From the NCBI RefSeq assembly GCF_004010195.1, contig NC_057720.1, forward strand, positions 25,969,257 to 26,032,745: a stretch of 63,489 nucleotides of DNA, given 5' to 3'. Positions 62,220-63,489 of this stretch are shown in pieces. This DNA comes from Chiloscyllium plagiosum. Lineage: Eukaryota. Position numbers and translations under genes: made by a program. The stretch's first letter is position 1; each line of letters starts with the position of its first letter. The notes beneath the pieces were generated by a model that was not told the origin of the DNA, did no database searches, and saw only the letters and a program-made list of their open reading frames with translations.

Positions 62220-62690
62220 CTTACCCTAACCCTCACACACTAGTAGGCCTTGTTATCATACAGTCCGCTGTTACATACAATCCATTGTTAGTCACCAATA
62301 GTCCCCATTAGTAGCTATTCATTCTCCTAGGCTGACTATATCCACTGCTCCTCGGATGCTGCCTGAACTGCTGCGCTCTTCCATCACCACTAATCCAGAA
62401 TATTATCCACTCCTTTGACTGTCCAACTGCTCTTCTCTCTCTCTTTGGGCTCTATCTCTACCCATTGTTTACTCCTTACCCCTTCCACCTACCATTTCTT
62501 CTGCATAAAAACAACAACTTTTTTCCAACTGCCATCTGTTCTGAAGAAGGGTCACTGTCTCTGAAATGTTAACTTTAATTTCTCTCCACAGATATTGCCA
62601 GACCTGCTGAGATTTTCCATCAATTTCTGTTTTGTTGTGAGAGAGAAACAGAGTTAATGTTTCAAGTGTAGAGATTCGTCTTCAGAACAA
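62220..62690 (+). mobile_element. PLE terminal repeat inverted relative to the adjacent RT body
   Basis: gttctgaagaagggtcactgtctctgaaatgttaac...gccagacctgctgag. Confidence 0.75.
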
Positions 62691-62789
62691 TAGGTCCCAC
62701 ACTACAGTGTTGATCTCAGTTAGGACAACTGTGTACATTAACCACACTACGTTTGAGAGCGATTATATAAAGTTAAGTTAAAATTGTCC

Positions 62790-63185
62790 TTGCAAGACAA
62801 AGCTACCTGCTTGACTGGCACCACATCTACAATCCCTCCACCAAAGCTCAGTCATAGCATGCGTACTACTTACAAGGTGCACTGCAGAAATTCACCAATG
62901 CTCCTTAGACAACACCTTCCAAAACCTTACTACTGCCATCTAGAAGCATAAGGACAGCAGATACATGGGAATACCACCACCTGCAATTTGCCCTCCAAGC
63001 CACTCACCATCCTGACTTGGAATAAATTGTCATTCCTTCAGTATCAGCAGGTCAAAATCTAGGAATAACTCCATTACCAAATGGACTGCAGCAGTTCAAG
63101 AAGTCACCACCACCTTTTCAAGGGCAACTAGGGATGGACAAGAAATGGTCTAGTCAGCAGCAACTATATCCCTTGAATTAATTTT
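62790..63185 (+). mobile_element. CR1/L2-superclade LINE 3' end
   Basis: Same family as 30420-30770. Confidence 0.75.
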
Positions 63186-63309
63186 TTTTAAAAAAACAGG
63201 AATGTTGCTCATTCTATTCCAAAAATGAGCATTTGGACTGAAAACGTGAACTCTGTTTTTGTCTCCACAGATGCTGCCAGACCTGCTGAGTTTATCTCTC
63301 CAGCATTTT

Positions 63310-63489
63310 ATAGAACATAGAACATAGAAAAATACAACGCAGTACAGGCCCTTTGGCCCTGGATATTGCGCCAATCCAAGCCCAACTAACCTACACTAGC
63401 CCACTATCCTCCATATGCCTATCCAATGCCCGTTTAAATGCCCATAAAGAGGGAGAGTCCACCACTGCTACTGGCAGGGCATTCCATGA
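63310..63489 (-). mobile_element. CR1 3' end (runs off the window)
   Basis: atagaacatagaacatagaaaaatacaacgcagtacaggccc. Confidence 0.9.

Noticed and set aside
1..63489. CRISPR arrays, rRNA, snRNA, viral or prokaryotic genes
   Set aside because: No repeat-spacer periodicity or recognisable motifs found by eye

Overview
Repeat-dense, non-coding vertebrate DNA, almost certainly from an elasmobranch: it carries many HE1-type V-SINEs and HER1-type CR1 LINEs. The (TAATC)n SINE tails suggest a bamboo/epaulette-type shark, which is inference. I found no recognisable host protein-coding gene; the window looks intronic or intergenic, and the informative ORFs all derive from transposons. Contents: two near-full-length CR1 LINEs plus many nested CR1/L2 fragments; Penelope-like element (PLE) RT and GIY-YIG remnants; Tx1 LINE, Gypsy integrase and Harbinger remnants; a Tc1/mariner-type MITE; a solo LTR with a 4-bp TSD; a tRNA-Cys copy and a decayed tRNA-Lys copy; microsatellites; and a 638-N gap. 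The most notable signal is a set of short PLE terminal-repeat insertions from three families, each carrying a minimal hammerhead-ribozyme core (CTGANGA-A-stemII-GAAA-palindrome-NUH). Many are self-inverted, ~200-270 bp long, with 10-15 bp TSDs and a consistent ~30-45 nt arm asymmetry. Family names come from recalled consensus motifs, not database searches, and boundaries of old repeats are approximate.
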